A stretch of 64,000 bases of DNA from an uncultured Chloroflexia bacterium (GCA_963740825.1 CAVUFD010000001.1:2625543-2689542), one strand, 5' to 3'. Positions 29,345 through 41,206 are shown, numbered from the stretch's first letter. Numbers and translations are program-made. Notes: generated from the letters alone by a model not told the origin.

Positions 29345-30373
29345 ATGCCCGCCGTCACCGTCGAGGACATCACCGTCCTCCCCCGCATCCCCAACCCCGA
29401 CCCGATGGCGGTCCATCAGCGAACCGTCACCCGGCTGACGACCGCGCCGTCGGGCTACGAGGGCGAGGGCTTCCCGGTCCGCCGGGCCTTCGCGGGCGTG
29501 CTGCTCGAGGAGCTCGACCCGTTCATCCACCTCGACCAGATGGGCGAGGTCGAGTACGCGCCGGGCGAGGCGAAGGGCACGCCGTGGCATCCGCACCGCG
29601 GGTTCGAGACCGTGACCTACATGCTCGACGGCGTGTTCGAGCACAACGACTCGAACGGCGGCGGCGGCGTGATCACCAACGGCGACACGCAGTGGATGAC
29701 CGCCGGCGCCGGCATCCTCCACATCGAGCGACCGCCGGACTGGCTGGTCGCCTCGGGCGGCCTGTTCCACGGCTTCCAGCTGTGGGTGAACCTGCCGCGG
29801 ACCCAGAAGCTGGCGGCGCCGCGCTACCAGGACATCCGCGCCAGCGAGGTCGCGCTGGCGTCGTCGCCCGACGGCGGGGCGCTGATCCGGGTCATCGCGG
29901 GCGAGGTCGACGGCCACGCGGGCCCGGGCTCGACCTACACGCCGATGACCCTCGTCCACGCAACGCTCAGCCCGGGCGCGACCCTCCAGCTGCCATGGCG
30001 CGGCGACTACAACGCGCTCGCCTACGTGCTGGCGGGCCGGGGCACGATCGGCGCCGAGGGACGGCCGGCGAGGCTGGGCCAGCTGGCGGTGTTCGGACCC
30101 GGCGACGCCCTGACCTTCGCCGCGGACCAGGTCCAGGAGAGCCGCGCGCCGAACCTCGACGTGCTGGTCCTCGGCGGCCGGCCGATCCGCGAGCCGGTCG
30201 CGTGGATGGGTCCGTTCGTGATGAACACGCGCGACGAGGTCGTCCAGGCATTCAGCGACTACCAGGCGGGACGGCTCGGCCAGATCCCGGCGGTCCACGC
30301 CGGCCACCCGGTCCACAACACGCCGTCGACCCTGCAGGAGACCGCCCCGGACGAGCCCTCCAGCGGCCGATGA
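29345..30373 (+). CDS. Pirin family protein (bicupin)
   Basis: HPHRGFETVTYMLDG, the pirin N-terminal cupin metal site. Two-cupin length of 342 aa. Confidence 0.85.
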   Translation: MPAVTVEDITVLPRIPNPDPMAVHQRTVTRLTTAPSGYEGEGFPVRRAFAGVLLEELDPFIHLDQMGEVEYAPGEAKGTPWHPHRGFETVTYMLDGVFEHNDSNGGGGVITNGDTQWMTAGAGILHIERPPDWLVASGGLFHGFQLWVNLPRTQKLAAPRYQDIRASEVALASSPDGGALIRVIAGEVDGHAGPGSTYTPMTLVHATLSPGATLQLPWRGDYNALAYVLAGRGTIGAEGRPARLGQLAVFGPGDALTFAADQVQESRAPNLDVLVLGGRPIREPVAWMGPFVMNTRDEVVQAFSDYQAGRLGQIPAVHAGHPVHNTPSTLQETAPDEPSSGR

Positions 30374-30567
30374 CCGCGACGGCGCACGCCCACCGCTGGT
30401 CGGCGATGCGGTTCGAGATCGCCGACGGGCACCCGTGGGTCGTCGAGACGTGCTCGACTTGCGGAACGGCGCGGCGCTATCGGGCGTTCGAGCGGTTCTG
30501 GGACCCGGCATCGGACGCCGGCGAGCGACGCCGGGAGGCGGAGGAGCGGCGGCCCAAGGCCGGCTGA
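30370..30567 (+). CDS. Small CxxC protein (65 aa), translationally coupled to pirin
   Basis: ATG overlaps the pirin TGA (ATGA). Contains CSTCG; high GC3. Confidence 0.35.
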   Translation: MTATAHAHRWSAMRFEIADGHPWVVETCSTCGTARRYRAFERFWDPASDAGERRREAEERRPKAG

Positions 30568-30568
30568 G

Positions 30569-31117
30569 CTACCAGAAGCGACGGCGCGGGGCGGCCTGCG
30601 CTCGAGGGGCGTGGTAGCGGTCCATCAGGTCCGCGACGGCGTCGCGGGCGGCCCGCCACTCCTCCTGGTCGCCGAACACGTCCGGGTCCCGGCCCCAGCG
30701 CTGGATCTGGGTCATCGCGGTGACGATCGAGTTGTGCTGCGCCAGCCGGTTGCGACCCGCGTCGACGATCCCGGTGACGAGGTAGCGCCGGACGAGGTCG
30801 AACGGCGCGGACCAGCGGCCGATCCGGATCCGGTCGTGCTCGCGCAGCGACTCCAGCCACGCGTCGTCGCCCACCGGGTTCCGCTCGTGCTCATCGACGT
30901 GGGCGTTGATGTCGACCCGGGTCCCGGGCCGGACCTCGGACGGAAATCGGCCGTCGTCGCCGCTCGTCGCGTAGCAGACCGGGCACTCCGCCAGCCGGGC
31001 GTGGGCCGGCGGCGCCTCGCCGTATGGCAGCCCGCAGCGGCGGCACAGCTTCGCGCCCGCGAAGCTGGCGACGGCGCCGCACTGGAGGCAGGTCAGGTCC
31101 GCGGTCGAAGCCGGCAT
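30569..31117 (-). CDS. Hypothetical protein with N-terminal double zinc-ribbon
   Basis: ATG at 31117 preceded by AGGAGAG. CLQCG...CRRCG...CPVCY motifs followed by about 110 aa of unknown function. Confidence 0.5.
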   Translation of the reverse strand: MPASTADLTCLQCGAVASFAGAKLCRRCGLPYGEAPPAHARLAECPVCYATSGDDGRFPSEVRPGTRVDINAHVDEHERNPVGDDAWLESLREHDRIRIGRWSAPFDLVRRYLVTGIVDAGRNRLAQHNSIVTAMTQIQRWGRDPDVFGDQEEWRAARDAVADLMDRYHAPRAQAAPRRRFW

Positions 31118-31613
31118 GTCTCTCCTGGGCGTCCGTCGGGGGCGCGTGGTGGCTGGGTGCCCAGTGTCGAGCACGCGTCGGGCCGGGTTCAGGGGCGCAA
31201 CGGTCCTGCCGCGGCCACGCCGATCGGGCTACTCCTGACGCGCGTCAGCGGCCGCACTCGACGGACGTCCATGCCGACCGGACCGGTCGGCGGCCGACGA
31301 TGGCCCCGGTCGCGAGCCACCCGGCCCGCGGCCGCTTGAACACCTGAGGTCACACACGATGCGCAAGCCCACCACGCCGCCCGTCGCGGTCGAGCACGCG
31401 GGTCACTCCGCCACGCTCCTCACCTGCCCGCATTGCCGCCGCGCCAGCGAGGACACCCTGTCCGCACGGCTGCACGCCCTTCGTGCCCGGCGCTGATCTC
31501 CGTCACCCAAGGCCGACCGCTCGTCGGTCCGGCCACCCAAGCGCCGCCGACGGTCCCCGACGTCGGCGGCGCCGGCTCTGACGCCGCCGCGGTGACGATG
31601 GCGCTGGTCGCCG

Positions 31614-33275
31614 CTAGGACGCCGCCGCCGCGACGATCGCCGCCGCCTCCTCGAGGACGCGGGCGAGGTGCTCCTCGCCCTCGAAGCTCTCCGCGTACAG
31701 CTTGGTGACGTTCTCGGTGCCCGATGGCCGGGCGGCGAACCAGGCATTGGCCGTCTGGACCTTGAGGCCGCCGATCGGCGCGCCGTTGCCCGGCGCGGTC
31801 GTCAGGATGCCCGTGATCGGCGCACCTCCGAGCTGCGTCGCCGCCACGTCGGCCGCCGTCAGCCTGCCCAGTCGGGCCTTCTGCTCGGGCGTCGCGGGCG
31901 CGTCGATCCGGCGGTAGGCGGGGGCCCCGAATCGCGCCGTCAGCCCCGCGTACACCTCGGCCGGGTTCCGGCCCAGGGTCGCCGTCAGCTCGGCCGCCAG
32001 CAGGCACGCCGTGATGCCGTCCTTGTCGGTGGTCCAGACGCGCCCGTCCCGGCGCAGGAACGACGCGCCGGCGCTCTCCTCGCCGCCGAACCCGATCGAG
32101 CCGTCGACCAGCCCGTCGACGAACCACTTGAAGCCCACCGGGACCTCGACCAGCCGCCGCCCGAGGTCGGCCACGACCCGGTCGATGATCGACGACGAGA
32201 CCAGTGTCTTGCCCACGGCGACGTTGTCGCCCCAGTCCCGGTGGCCGCCAAACAGGTACGAGATCGCGGCCGCGAGGACGTGGTTGGGGTTCATCAGCCC
32301 CGATCCCGGGACCACGATTCCGTGGCGGTCGGCGTCGGCGTCGTTGCCGAGCGCGAGGTCGAATCGGTCGCGCAGGCCGACCAGCCCGGCCATCGCGAAC
32401 GGCGACGAGGGGTCCATGCGGATGCGGCCGTCCCAGTCGAGGGTCATGAAGCCGAAGGTGGGATCGACGTTCGGGTTGGTGACCGTCAGGTCGAGCCCGT
32501 ACCGCTCGCCGATCGCCGCCCAGTAGTCGACGGCGGCCCCGCCCAGGGGGTCCACTCCGAGACGCAGCCCGGACGCGGCGATGGCCGGCATGTCGATCAC
32601 GAACTGCAGGCCGTCGACATAGGCGCCCTGGAAGTCGTAGCGCTCTGCGTCGGCGTGGGCGCGCTCGAACGGCACGCGCCGGATGCCGTCGATGCCGTCC
32701 CCGCCGGACGCCTCGAGGATCCGGTTCGCCTCGTCCTGGATCCAGCGCGTCACGTCGGTGTCGGCCGGGCCGCCGTTGGGCGGGTTGTACTTGAAGCCGC
32801 CGTCCTCGGGTGGGTTGTGGGATGGCGTGACCACGATCCCGTCCGCGAGGCCGTTCCGCTGTGGGAAGCCGCGGAATCCGGCGTTTCTCACGAGGATCGC
32901 GTGCGAAACGGCCGGAGTCGGCGTGAAGCCGTCGCGGGCGTCGATCCGGATGTCGACCTCGTTCGCCACCAGCACCTCGATCGCCGTCCGCCAGGCGGGT
33001 TCCGACAGCGCGTGCGTGTCGCGGCCGATGAACAACGGGCCCGTGTAGCCCTCCGACGCCCGGTAGCGGCAGATGGCCTCGGTCGTGGCCAGGATGTGGG
33101 CCTCGTTGAACGCGGCGTTGAACGCCGATCCGCGGTGGCCGGATGTCCCGAAGGCGACCCGCTGGGCGGCGATCGATGGATCGGGGCGCAGGTCGTGATA
33201 GGCGCGCAGCAGCGCGTCCACGTCGACGAGGTCCGACGGCTCGGCCGGTCGCCCCGCGCGCGCATGCTCGCTCAT
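31614..33275 (-). CDS. pgm: Phosphoglucomutase (alpha-D-glucose phosphate-specific)
   Basis: ATG at 33275 gives MSEHARAG... Active-site motif [15 protein letters not shown] (phospho-Ser loop), sugar-binding GEESAG, 553 aa. The long ORF 31614..34601 is an upstream out-of-context extension. Confidence 0.9.
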   Translation of the reverse strand: MSEHARAGRPAEPSDLVDVDALLRAYHDLRPDPSIAAQRVAFGTSGHRGSAFNAAFNEAHILATTEAICRYRASEGYTGPLFIGRDTHALSEPAWRTAIEVLVANEVDIRIDARDGFTPTPAVSHAILVRNAGFRGFPQRNGLADGIVVTPSHNPPEDGGFKYNPPNGGPADTDVTRWIQDEANRILEASGGDGIDGIRRVPFERAHADAERYDFQGAYVDGLQFVIDMPAIAASGLRLGVDPLGGAAVDYWAAIGERYGLDLTVTNPNVDPTFGFMTLDWDGRIRMDPSSPFAMAGLVGLRDRFDLALGNDADADRHGIVVPGSGLMNPNHVLAAAISYLFGGHRDWGDNVAVGKTLVSSSIIDRVVADLGRRLVEVPVGFKWFVDGLVDGSIGFGGEESAGASFLRRDGRVWTTDKDGITACLLAAELTATLGRNPAEVYAGLTARFGAPAYRRIDAPATPEQKARLGRLTAADVAATQLGGAPITGILTTAPGNGAPIGGLKVQTANAWFAARPSGTENVTKLYAESFEGEEHLARVLEEAAAIVAAAAS

Positions 33276-33479
33276 GGTCGAAACGATACGTCCGCGCGAT
33301 CGCCGGCACGATCGCCGGGGCGGAATTTGCAACGATCCTGCGGATTGCGCCGGCCGCCGCCGTTTCGTACGATGCCGCCAGCCCGAGCCAGCACCTCGTA
33401 CGGGGCTCGTCCGAGTCCGTCGCTCGTTCGACGGCCGGATGCATGAGCCCGCGATGACCCGGACGGGCAGGAGGCAACG

Positions 33480-34589
<1,110 letters not shown>

Positions 34590-34665
34590 CCCGCAGTCCA
34601 CCGCGAAACCGGCGGCCGGCGCGTCCTCGGACGGCCGGCCGCTTCATGTGTCCGGGAGGCGGCCG

Positions 34666-35802
34666 ATGAGCGACCCGCTCGAGGAACGCGTCGTCGACTC
34701 GACGGTCGTCCACCGCGGGCGCTACATGGAGTTCCGCGTCGACACGATCGAGCGCGCCGACGGCTCCACGGGCACCCGCGACGTCGTCGGGCATCCCGGC
34801 GCGGTCGCCGTGCTCGCGCTCGACGACGACGACCGGTTGCTGATGGTCCGCCAGTGGCGCGTGCCGGCCGGGCAGGCGCTGTTGGAGATCCCCGCTGGCA
34901 CGCTCGACGTCCACGACGGCGTCACCGAGGATCCCGATGGCGCCGCCCGGCGCGAGCTCGAGGAGGAGACCGGCCACCGCGCCGCGTCGTGGCGCAAGCT
35001 CGCGTCGTTCTGGACGGCGCCCGGGTTCGCGACGGAGCTGATGCACCTGTACCTGGCGACCGGCATGACCGGGGTCGGCGCGGCGGACGACCGGCTGGCG
35101 CCCGACGAGGACGAGCGGATCGAGCTGCGCCACGTGCCGCTCGACGAGGCGCTCGCGATGGTCGAACGCGGCGAGATCGGCGACGCGAAGTCGATCCTCG
35201 GGATCCTGTGGCTCGACCGCCTGCGCCGCGGTGAGGCGACGATCGCCGACGGTGCTGGCGGTGCGGACTCGTCAAACGAGGTCGACGGCGCGGCACCGCC
35301 GCCGACCGTCGTCCGTTACGGGCTGACGCGGACCCAGTTCGCCCTGGCCAACGCGCGTTTCGTCCGGTCGCGTCCAGCGGTCCGCGTCATCGGGCTCGCA
35401 TTCGTCGTCATCGGCCTCCTCAATCTCCTGCTCGGACCCGACGCCTGGATCTGGGCGACCTGCCTGGTGGGCGGGATGTTGTTCCTGACCGGGGTGTTCG
35501 CCGTCCCGTTCTCGCTGCTGGCGTTCCGCAGGCGGCGCGACCTGCTCGCGGATCTTCGGTTCGCGTTCGACGAGCGGAGGATCCAGTCGCTCGGGATGGC
35601 CAGCGAGAGCGAGGTCCGCTGGGCGGGCATCGACCGCATTACGCGAAGCGGGCCGTACCTGTTCATCCGGTTCGCCGCCGGTAGCACGCTGCTTGTCCCG
35701 GTGTCGGCGTTCCGTCCCGAGCAGCTGGACGCGTTCGGACGGCTCGCGCTTCGGAACGGGCTGACCCTCGACGGCCACCGGGTCGACGTCCCGGCCCGCT
35801 GA
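34666..35802 (+). CDS. NUDIX hydrolase (ADP-ribose pyrophosphatase-like) fused to a C-terminal YcxB-like membrane/PH-like domain
   Basis: ATG at 34666 preceded by GGGAGG. Nudix box GTLDVHDGVTEDPDGAARRELEEETG. Same ORF continues into two TM helices (VIGLAFVVIGLLNLLLG, LVGGMLFLTGVFAVPF) plus a about 100-aa tail resembling YcxB proteins. Confidence 0.65.
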   Translation: MSDPLEERVVDSTVVHRGRYMEFRVDTIERADGSTGTRDVVGHPGAVAVLALDDDDRLLMVRQWRVPAGQALLEIPAGTLDVHDGVTEDPDGAARRELEEETGHRAASWRKLASFWTAPGFATELMHLYLATGMTGVGAADDRLAPDEDERIELRHVPLDEALAMVERGEIGDAKSILGILWLDRLRRGEATIADGAGGADSSNEVDGAAPPPTVVRYGLTRTQFALANARFVRSRPAVRVIGLAFVVIGLLNLLLGPDAWIWATCLVGGMLFLTGVFAVPFSLLAFRRRRDLLADLRFAFDERRIQSLGMASESEVRWAGIDRITRSGPYLFIRFAAGSTLLVPVSAFRPEQLDAFGRLALRNGLTLDGHRVDVPAR

Positions 35803-35811
35803 GCCCGTCGC

Positions 35812-36237
35812 TCAGTCGGCGGACTTGCCCCGCGGGTCGGGCAGGCGCGCGAGCGCGGAGCGGTAGAGGTTCGAGGACGGCGCGAGCGCAACCGCCAGCC
35901 GCAGGTGCGTCCAGGCCTCGCGCGGCCGGCCCAGGCGCTTCAGGCTCTGGCCCAGCGCGAAGTGCGCATAGTGCGCCGAGGGGTCGATCTCGAGCAGGGC
36001 TTCGAACGTCTCGCGCGAGCGCTCGGTCTGGGCGGAGTTGAAGTACGCGCGACCGAGGGCCTCGAGGATGGACGCCTTGCCGGGCTCGAGCCGCGCCGCA
36101 CGCTCGAGCACCACGGCGGCCTGCGCGTTGTGGCGACCCTGGAGGAGGGCCTGGCCGCGCTGGAGCAGGTCGTAGGCGGACTCCTGCTCGTCGGTCTGCC
36201 GGGCCCCGTCGTCGGGTACAGGCGTCTCCTCGTGCAT
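35812..36237 (-). CDS. Tetratricopeptide-repeat protein
   Basis: Three TPR-like helical hairpins (AYDLLQRGQALLQGRH..., ALGRAYFNSAQ..., AHFALGQSLKRLGR...). Start uncertain between ATG 36237 and 36330. Confidence 0.6.
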   Translation of the reverse strand: MHEETPVPDDGARQTDEQESAYDLLQRGQALLQGRHNAQAAVVLERAARLEPGKASILEALGRAYFNSAQTERSRETFEALLEIDPSAHYAHFALGQSLKRLGRPREAWTHLRLAVALAPSSNLYRSALARLPDPRGKSAD

Positions 36238-36307
36238 CGGCCGATCCTGCCACGGTTCTCGCGAAGGCGCCGCGGTACGAAGGATCCGGTCGGGCATGGT
36301 GCCTCCG

Positions 36308-38546
36308 TCAGGCCGGGGGCTCGCCCCCATCGAGGGGTGGCGCCGGCGGTGGCGGCGGCTCGAGGGAGGTCATCGGCTCGAGCGACGACGGCGGCTCGAA
36401 CGACGTCATCGCATCGACCGGCGCCGGCACCTCGAACGCGACCGCCGTCTCGGCGTCGTCGAAGGCGCCCGTCGCGGGGCCGGCCGGCGCGCCGACCGCG
36501 AGGGCCGCCGCGACCCCCGCCGTCGGCGCCAACGACCGTCGGCGCCAGCGCACGACCGCCACGATCAGCACCACCAGGAGGAGCAGCGTCACGAGCATGG
36601 CCCCGCCGCCGATGACGATCGCGCGGCCACGGCCCGCCTCGGCGGCGATGCTCAGCGTGCCCGCCGCCAGCGCCGCCCGGTCGGTGGCCTCGGTCAGGTT
36701 CCCGGCCTCCCAGGCGGAACGCGCCGCGGCGAGGTCGGCGTCGGGGTCCTTGCCGCTCAGCCCGAGGGTGGTCAGCCAGTCGCGGGGCGCTTCCGCCGCG
36801 GCGCCGGCCGCGACGACCGTCGACAGCGACGCCTGCGTGTTGGCGGCGAGCGCCGAGGCATCGGCGAGCTCGGACGCGGAGTCCGCCGACTCGTACGCGG
36901 CCTCGAGCCCGTCGGGAGTGCTCAGGCCGGCGGCGGCCGCCTGCGACGCCGTGTCGTCGCGCTGCCGGACGACGTCGGTCGCCTCCTGGATGCGGGCGTC
37001 CGCGTCGTCGAACCGCCAGCCGTCGAGCGCCAGGCGCACGACCGGCGGCGCCGTCCAGTCCCCGTCGGCCGCGACGAGCCGGTCGTACGCCTCGCGCGCC
37101 GTCGCGCGGTCCGCGAGCTGCGCGGCAGCGCCCGTCGGCAGGACCCACGTCTCGAGCAGGTCCGCGGCGTCGTCGACGCCACCGAGCTCCTGGGTGAGGT
37201 CGAGGAACCGGCGCCAGTCGTTGGGCAGCGCGGTGTGCTCCGGGGCGCCGTCGCCCGGGTACGCCGTCGTCCCGTCCGAGGCCGCGCGGAAGACGCGTCG
37301 CATCCCGTCCTCCCCGGCCTCGCCGGCGATGTCCCGGATCACGGTCCACGCGGCGTCGTACCCGTACTGCTCGCGGGCGTCGCTCTGCGGGTCGCGGATC
37401 GGCGCCGGCGGATCCCAGTGCGCGAGCGGGAAGGCGGCCTTCGCGGAGCGCTTGACCGGCGCCGGATCGACCTTGCCCCGCGTCTCCGCCGCGAGCACCT
37501 GCGACGCGTACTCCTCGGCCAGCCCCTCGTTGATCCAGCGGTCGGCGAACAGCCGGCTGTTGAACCAGGCGTGCGAGGCCTCGTGGACGATCGTCAGGTC
37601 GTCGAGGTTCTCGCTGATCGTGATCTCGTCGCTCTTGGGGTCGTAGAAGCCGGCGTAGCCCTCGAGCAGCGGCGTGTGGACCTCGAGCACGTTGAGCGGC
37701 CCGTCGACCGGCCACGGGAGGCCGATCCGGTCCACGAGGTCGGGCACGCTGTCGCTCAGGATCACCGACACGCGACGGCGCCAGCGCGAATCCTCGGGCC
37801 AGCCGCGGACGACCACCTGCTCGCCGTCCGCGAGGTCGAGCCGCTCGCGCGTCAACCCGTCGTCGTTGCGGGCGTTGACCCAGGCGTACCAGCCGAGCGC
37901 ATCGTCGGTCGTCGCCATGAACACCTTGGCGACCGCGGTGGTCGAGGCCTCCATGTCCTCGCCCGAGATGTCCACGTCGAACCCCTTGGGGATGTCGATC
38001 CGCACGCTGCCCCGGTCGCCGAACGCCCAGGCGAGGAACGTCGCGAACGCCGGCCCGACCCGGACGTCGCTGTCCGACCGCGGGGCACCGGCCGGGAGGT
38101 CGAACTGGAGCCGCACCCGCGCGGTCTCGCCGACGTAGATGTCGCTGTGGAACGCGATCGTGACGAGGCGGAAGTTCTTGCGGACCGCGCTGGTCACCCG
38201 GACGGGCGTGCCGTCCTGCGTCGCGCGCAGGTGCGTGGCCTCGAGCTGCACCCCGAGGTTCACGCTGTCGTAGAAGTAGCGGGTGATCACCCCGCCCGAG
38301 ACGCGGTTCGGCTTCTGGTTGACGACCGCCACGTCCACCGCGACGCGGACCACGCCGTTCTGCGGCGCGACCACGTAGCGCGCCTTGGTCGTGACCCCGA
38401 GGTCGTCCGCGGCGAGGGCGACCGGGGCGTCGACGGCCGCGAGGAACGGGGCGACGGGCGCGGCGGCGGGCGGGCCGACGGCCGCGAGGACGGTCAGGAC
38501 GACCGCCAGCGCCATCCCCGCGATCGCCGGCCGCGCGAGCTTCATG
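36308..38546 (-). CDS. Gluzincin (M1-like HExxH+E) zinc metallopeptidase, secreted with C-terminal TM anchor and cytoplasmic tail
   Basis: Signal peptide MKLARPAIAGMALAVVLTVLAAVG from ATG about 38546. HEASHAWFNSRLFADRWINEGLAEEYA zinc site. C-terminal TM AIVIGGGAMLVTLLLLVVLIVAVV followed by RWRRR. Confidence 0.7.
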
Positions 38547-38600
38547 GCCACGGCCGGTCCGACGAGCGTGGCTCCATCCCCCGTGACGCGCATGTCGAGC

Positions 38601-40667
38601 TCAGGAGCCCGCGGCGACGGACGCGGTCCGCTCGCGGCGCGCGGCGCGGGCCCGGGCGGCGACCGCGGCGACCAGCACGAGGGCGCCCGCGAGGACGGCC
38701 ACGGCCAACAGCGCGCGCCGACGGCCCTCCTGCCACGCGGCCGACCAGGCGCGATAGGCATCATCGGCCGCCGACTGGGCGGCCGCGAGGTCACCCGCGG
38801 TGAACGCCGACTGGGCGCTCGCGAGGTCGGCCTCCGGGTCCTCGCCCAGCATCCCGATCCGGCTCAGCAGGTCGTCGTCGTGGACCCGGGCATCCGCCGC
38901 CTGGATGACGGTCAGCATCGCGTTGCGCTCTGCCTCAGCCTCGCGCGAGGCACCGGCCATGTCCCCCGCCTGGAAGCGCTGCTGGACCGCCGGGGGCAGC
39001 GTGAGCGAACCTCGCTCGGCCAGCGACTCGATCGCGCTGCGCTGGGCGAGCACGGTCCGCGCGTCGGCCAGCTGCTGCACCGCAACGTCGAACTGCCACG
39101 ACCGGAGCGCGTCGCGGATGCCGCGCGGCAGCCGCCAGTCGCCGGCGAGCGCGAGCGTGCGGGCGTAGGCCGTCCGCGCGTCGGCGCGCGCGTCGAGCAG
39201 CCCAGCCTCCTCGGGCCGGATCACCCATTTGCGCCACAGCCCGGTGAAGTCCTTGCCCGTCTCGGTCTCGAGCAGGTCGAGCAGGCCCCGCCAGTCGGGC
39301 GGACCGTCGACCGTCTCGGGATCGCCCGCGTCACCGAACGGCTGGGCCGTCTCCGGCTGGTAGGCGCCGACGTGCGCGCTCGCCGCGGCCCACACGCGCC
39401 GGAGGGCGGCGTCGCCCGCCCGCTGCGCGATCGCGCGCGCCAGCGCGAGGGAGGCCGCGTAGCCGTAGGTCTCGGTGGGGAGGTCGGCGCCGGCCTCGGC
39501 GCCGGCGGTGTTGGGCCAGGCGTTGAGGGGGATCTCGGCCCTGCTCACCGCCGCCGTGAGCCTGGGGCTCGTGTCGCGGACCTTGAGCTTCGCGGCCGTG
39601 CGCTGGGCGTACAGCGACGCGAACCCCTCGCTCGCCCAGCGGTCGGCCACCAGCCCGCCGTTGAACCAGCCGTGCGCGGCCTCGTGGAGGGCCACCAGCG
39701 GGGCCGCCCAGTAGGCGACCTCGATCCGGCGCTCGGCCGGCGCGAACAACCCCGCGTAGCCGCCGGCCGCCCGGCTCACGGCCTCCTGGACCACGGTCGG
39801 CTGGGTCTCGGGCCAGGCGAGCCCGATCTCGCGGGTCAGCTGCGGCAGGGCTCTCCGGAACAGGGCGCCGATGCGCCCGGCCCAGGCCGGGTCATCGCGC
39901 CAGCCGCGGACGACGAGGTCGATGCTGCGCCCGCCGGCATCGACCGTCAGCGGCGACGACTTGTAGACCGCCTCGCGCTGGGCCGTGAGGTAGGAGAAGT
40001 ACGAGAGCGGCTCGCCCAGCGGCTCCGTCGCCAGCGTCACCCCGCCGTCGGTCGTCCGGACGCGGCTGTCAAAGTCGCCGCTCTCGACCGACACGTCGTA
40101 GCCGGCCGGGAAGTGGACCTGGACGCGGCTCCCCTTCGCCCCGTCCGACGCGAACGCCCACACTGGGAACGTCACCAGCGCCGTCCCGACGCGGACCTGG
40201 CGGCTGGCGGGCTTGCCCGGGTCAACGAGGTTGAACGTGAGCTCCAGCGAGCGTCCGCCGCCGCCGTACAGCCGGGCGCCGAAGTCGATCCGCAGCAGCG
40301 TCGCGGCCTTGGACCGATCCGCGACCCGCACCGTCGCGCCCTTGGCGCCCGAGATCGCGAACCCGCTCGCGCCCGGCTGGACCGCCAGGAACGCGTGGTC
40401 GAAGTAGTACTTGTGCGTCCGCGTCTCGCCGCGGTGGTTGCGGGCGTCGATCGCGACCACGACGTGGACGCGGCCGTGGGACGGCTGCACCGTGTAGCTG
40501 GCGTTCGTGACCAACGTAAGGTCGGTGTTGGCGGCGGCTGCCGGCGACACGGGCAGGGCGCCAGCGGCCGGCGCGAGCCAGGCCAGCGCGAGCGCGACGA
40601 CGAGGGCGACGCCGACGGGGCGACGGACGCGCCGCGCGACGGCCGCGTGCCCCGGCGAGCGGGTCAC
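38601..40667 (-). CDS. Gluzincin (M1-like HExxH+E) zinc metallopeptidase, paralog of the downstream gene, with C-terminal TM anchor
   Basis: GTG start overlapping the upstream stop (GTGA). Signal peptide RRPVGVALVVALALAWLAPAAGA. HEAAHGWFNGGLVADRWASEGFASLYA. C-terminal TM LLAVAVLAGALVLVAAVAA. Same architecture as 36308..38546. Confidence 0.7.
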   Translation of the reverse strand: MTRSPGHAAVARRVRRPVGVALVVALALAWLAPAAGALPVSPAAAANTDLTLVTNASYTVQPSHGRVHVVVAIDARNHRGETRTHKYYFDHAFLAVQPGASGFAISGAKGATVRVADRSKAATLLRIDFGARLYGGGGRSLELTFNLVDPGKPASRQVRVGTALVTFPVWAFASDGAKGSRVQVHFPAGYDVSVESGDFDSRVRTTDGGVTLATEPLGEPLSYFSYLTAQREAVYKSSPLTVDAGGRSIDLVVRGWRDDPAWAGRIGALFRRALPQLTREIGLAWPETQPTVVQEAVSRAAGGYAGLFAPAERRIEVAYWAAPLVALHEAAHGWFNGGLVADRWASEGFASLYAQRTAAKLKVRDTSPRLTAAVSRAEIPLNAWPNTAGAEAGADLPTETYGYAASLALARAIAQRAGDAALRRVWAAASAHVGAYQPETAQPFGDAGDPETVDGPPDWRGLLDLLETETGKDFTGLWRKWVIRPEEAGLLDARADARTAYARTLALAGDWRLPRGIRDALRSWQFDVAVQQLADARTVLAQRSAIESLAERGSLTLPPAVQQRFQAGDMAGASREAEAERNAMLTVIQAADARVHDDDLLSRIGMLGEDPEADLASAQSAFTAGDLAAAQSAADDAYRAWSAAWQEGRRRALLAVAVLAGALVLVAAVAARARAARRERTASVAAGS

Positions 40668-41206
40668 GCCGAGGCCTCCGCGGGCTCCAGCAGCTCGCCG
40701 AGCTCGATCGCGTAGCGCGCCAGCAACCGGCGTCCGGGTCCGTCCCCGTCCGGTGGCGCCTCAACGGACCAGCCGCCGCCCTTGAGCCAGGTGGTCGCGG
40801 GCTCGTGGAAGCGGTCGGCCACCGCGAGCAGTCGGGCGACGGCGAGCCCCAGCGACCCGCCGTCGAGGCTCTCGGCCGGGACCTCGGCGATCAGCAGCGG
40901 GCGCTCGTCCTCGCCGACGGCGAACTTCACGAACGGCGTCTCGTCGTTCCAGCGCAGCAGCAGCCGATAGGACTTGCGGAAGCCGTCGTTGATGGGCGGC
41001 GCGAAGTGCGCCCAGCCGATCAGCGCGAGAGCGGGATCGAGGATCAGGGTGACCCGAAGCGCCGACCGCCGGGTGCCGTCGAGGACCAGGTCCCACGACG
41101 TGACGCCCTCGCGGTCGGCCCGCTCCAGGGGCTCGAGGTCGAGCTCGGCGAGCCAGGCCTCGACGTCGGCCGCGGCAGCCGCCGACGCACGGGGGGCGAT
41201 GGACAT
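40664..41206 (-). CDS. YbjN-like domain protein (putative chaperone/sensory-transduction regulator fold)
   Basis: ATG at 41206 gives MSIAPRAS... 180 aa; the WDLVLDGTRRSALRVTLILDPA...LIAEVP pattern is reminiscent of YbjN/T3SS-chaperone-like proteins. First gene of a putative four-gene operon. Confidence 0.5.
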   Translation of the reverse strand: MSIAPRASAAAAADVEAWLAELDLEPLERADREGVTSWDLVLDGTRRSALRVTLILDPALALIGWAHFAPPINDGFRKSYRLLLRWNDETPFVKFAVGEDERPLLIAEVPAESLDGGSLGLAVARLLAVADRFHEPATTWLKGGGWSVEAPPDGDGPGRRLLARYAIELGELLEPAEASA

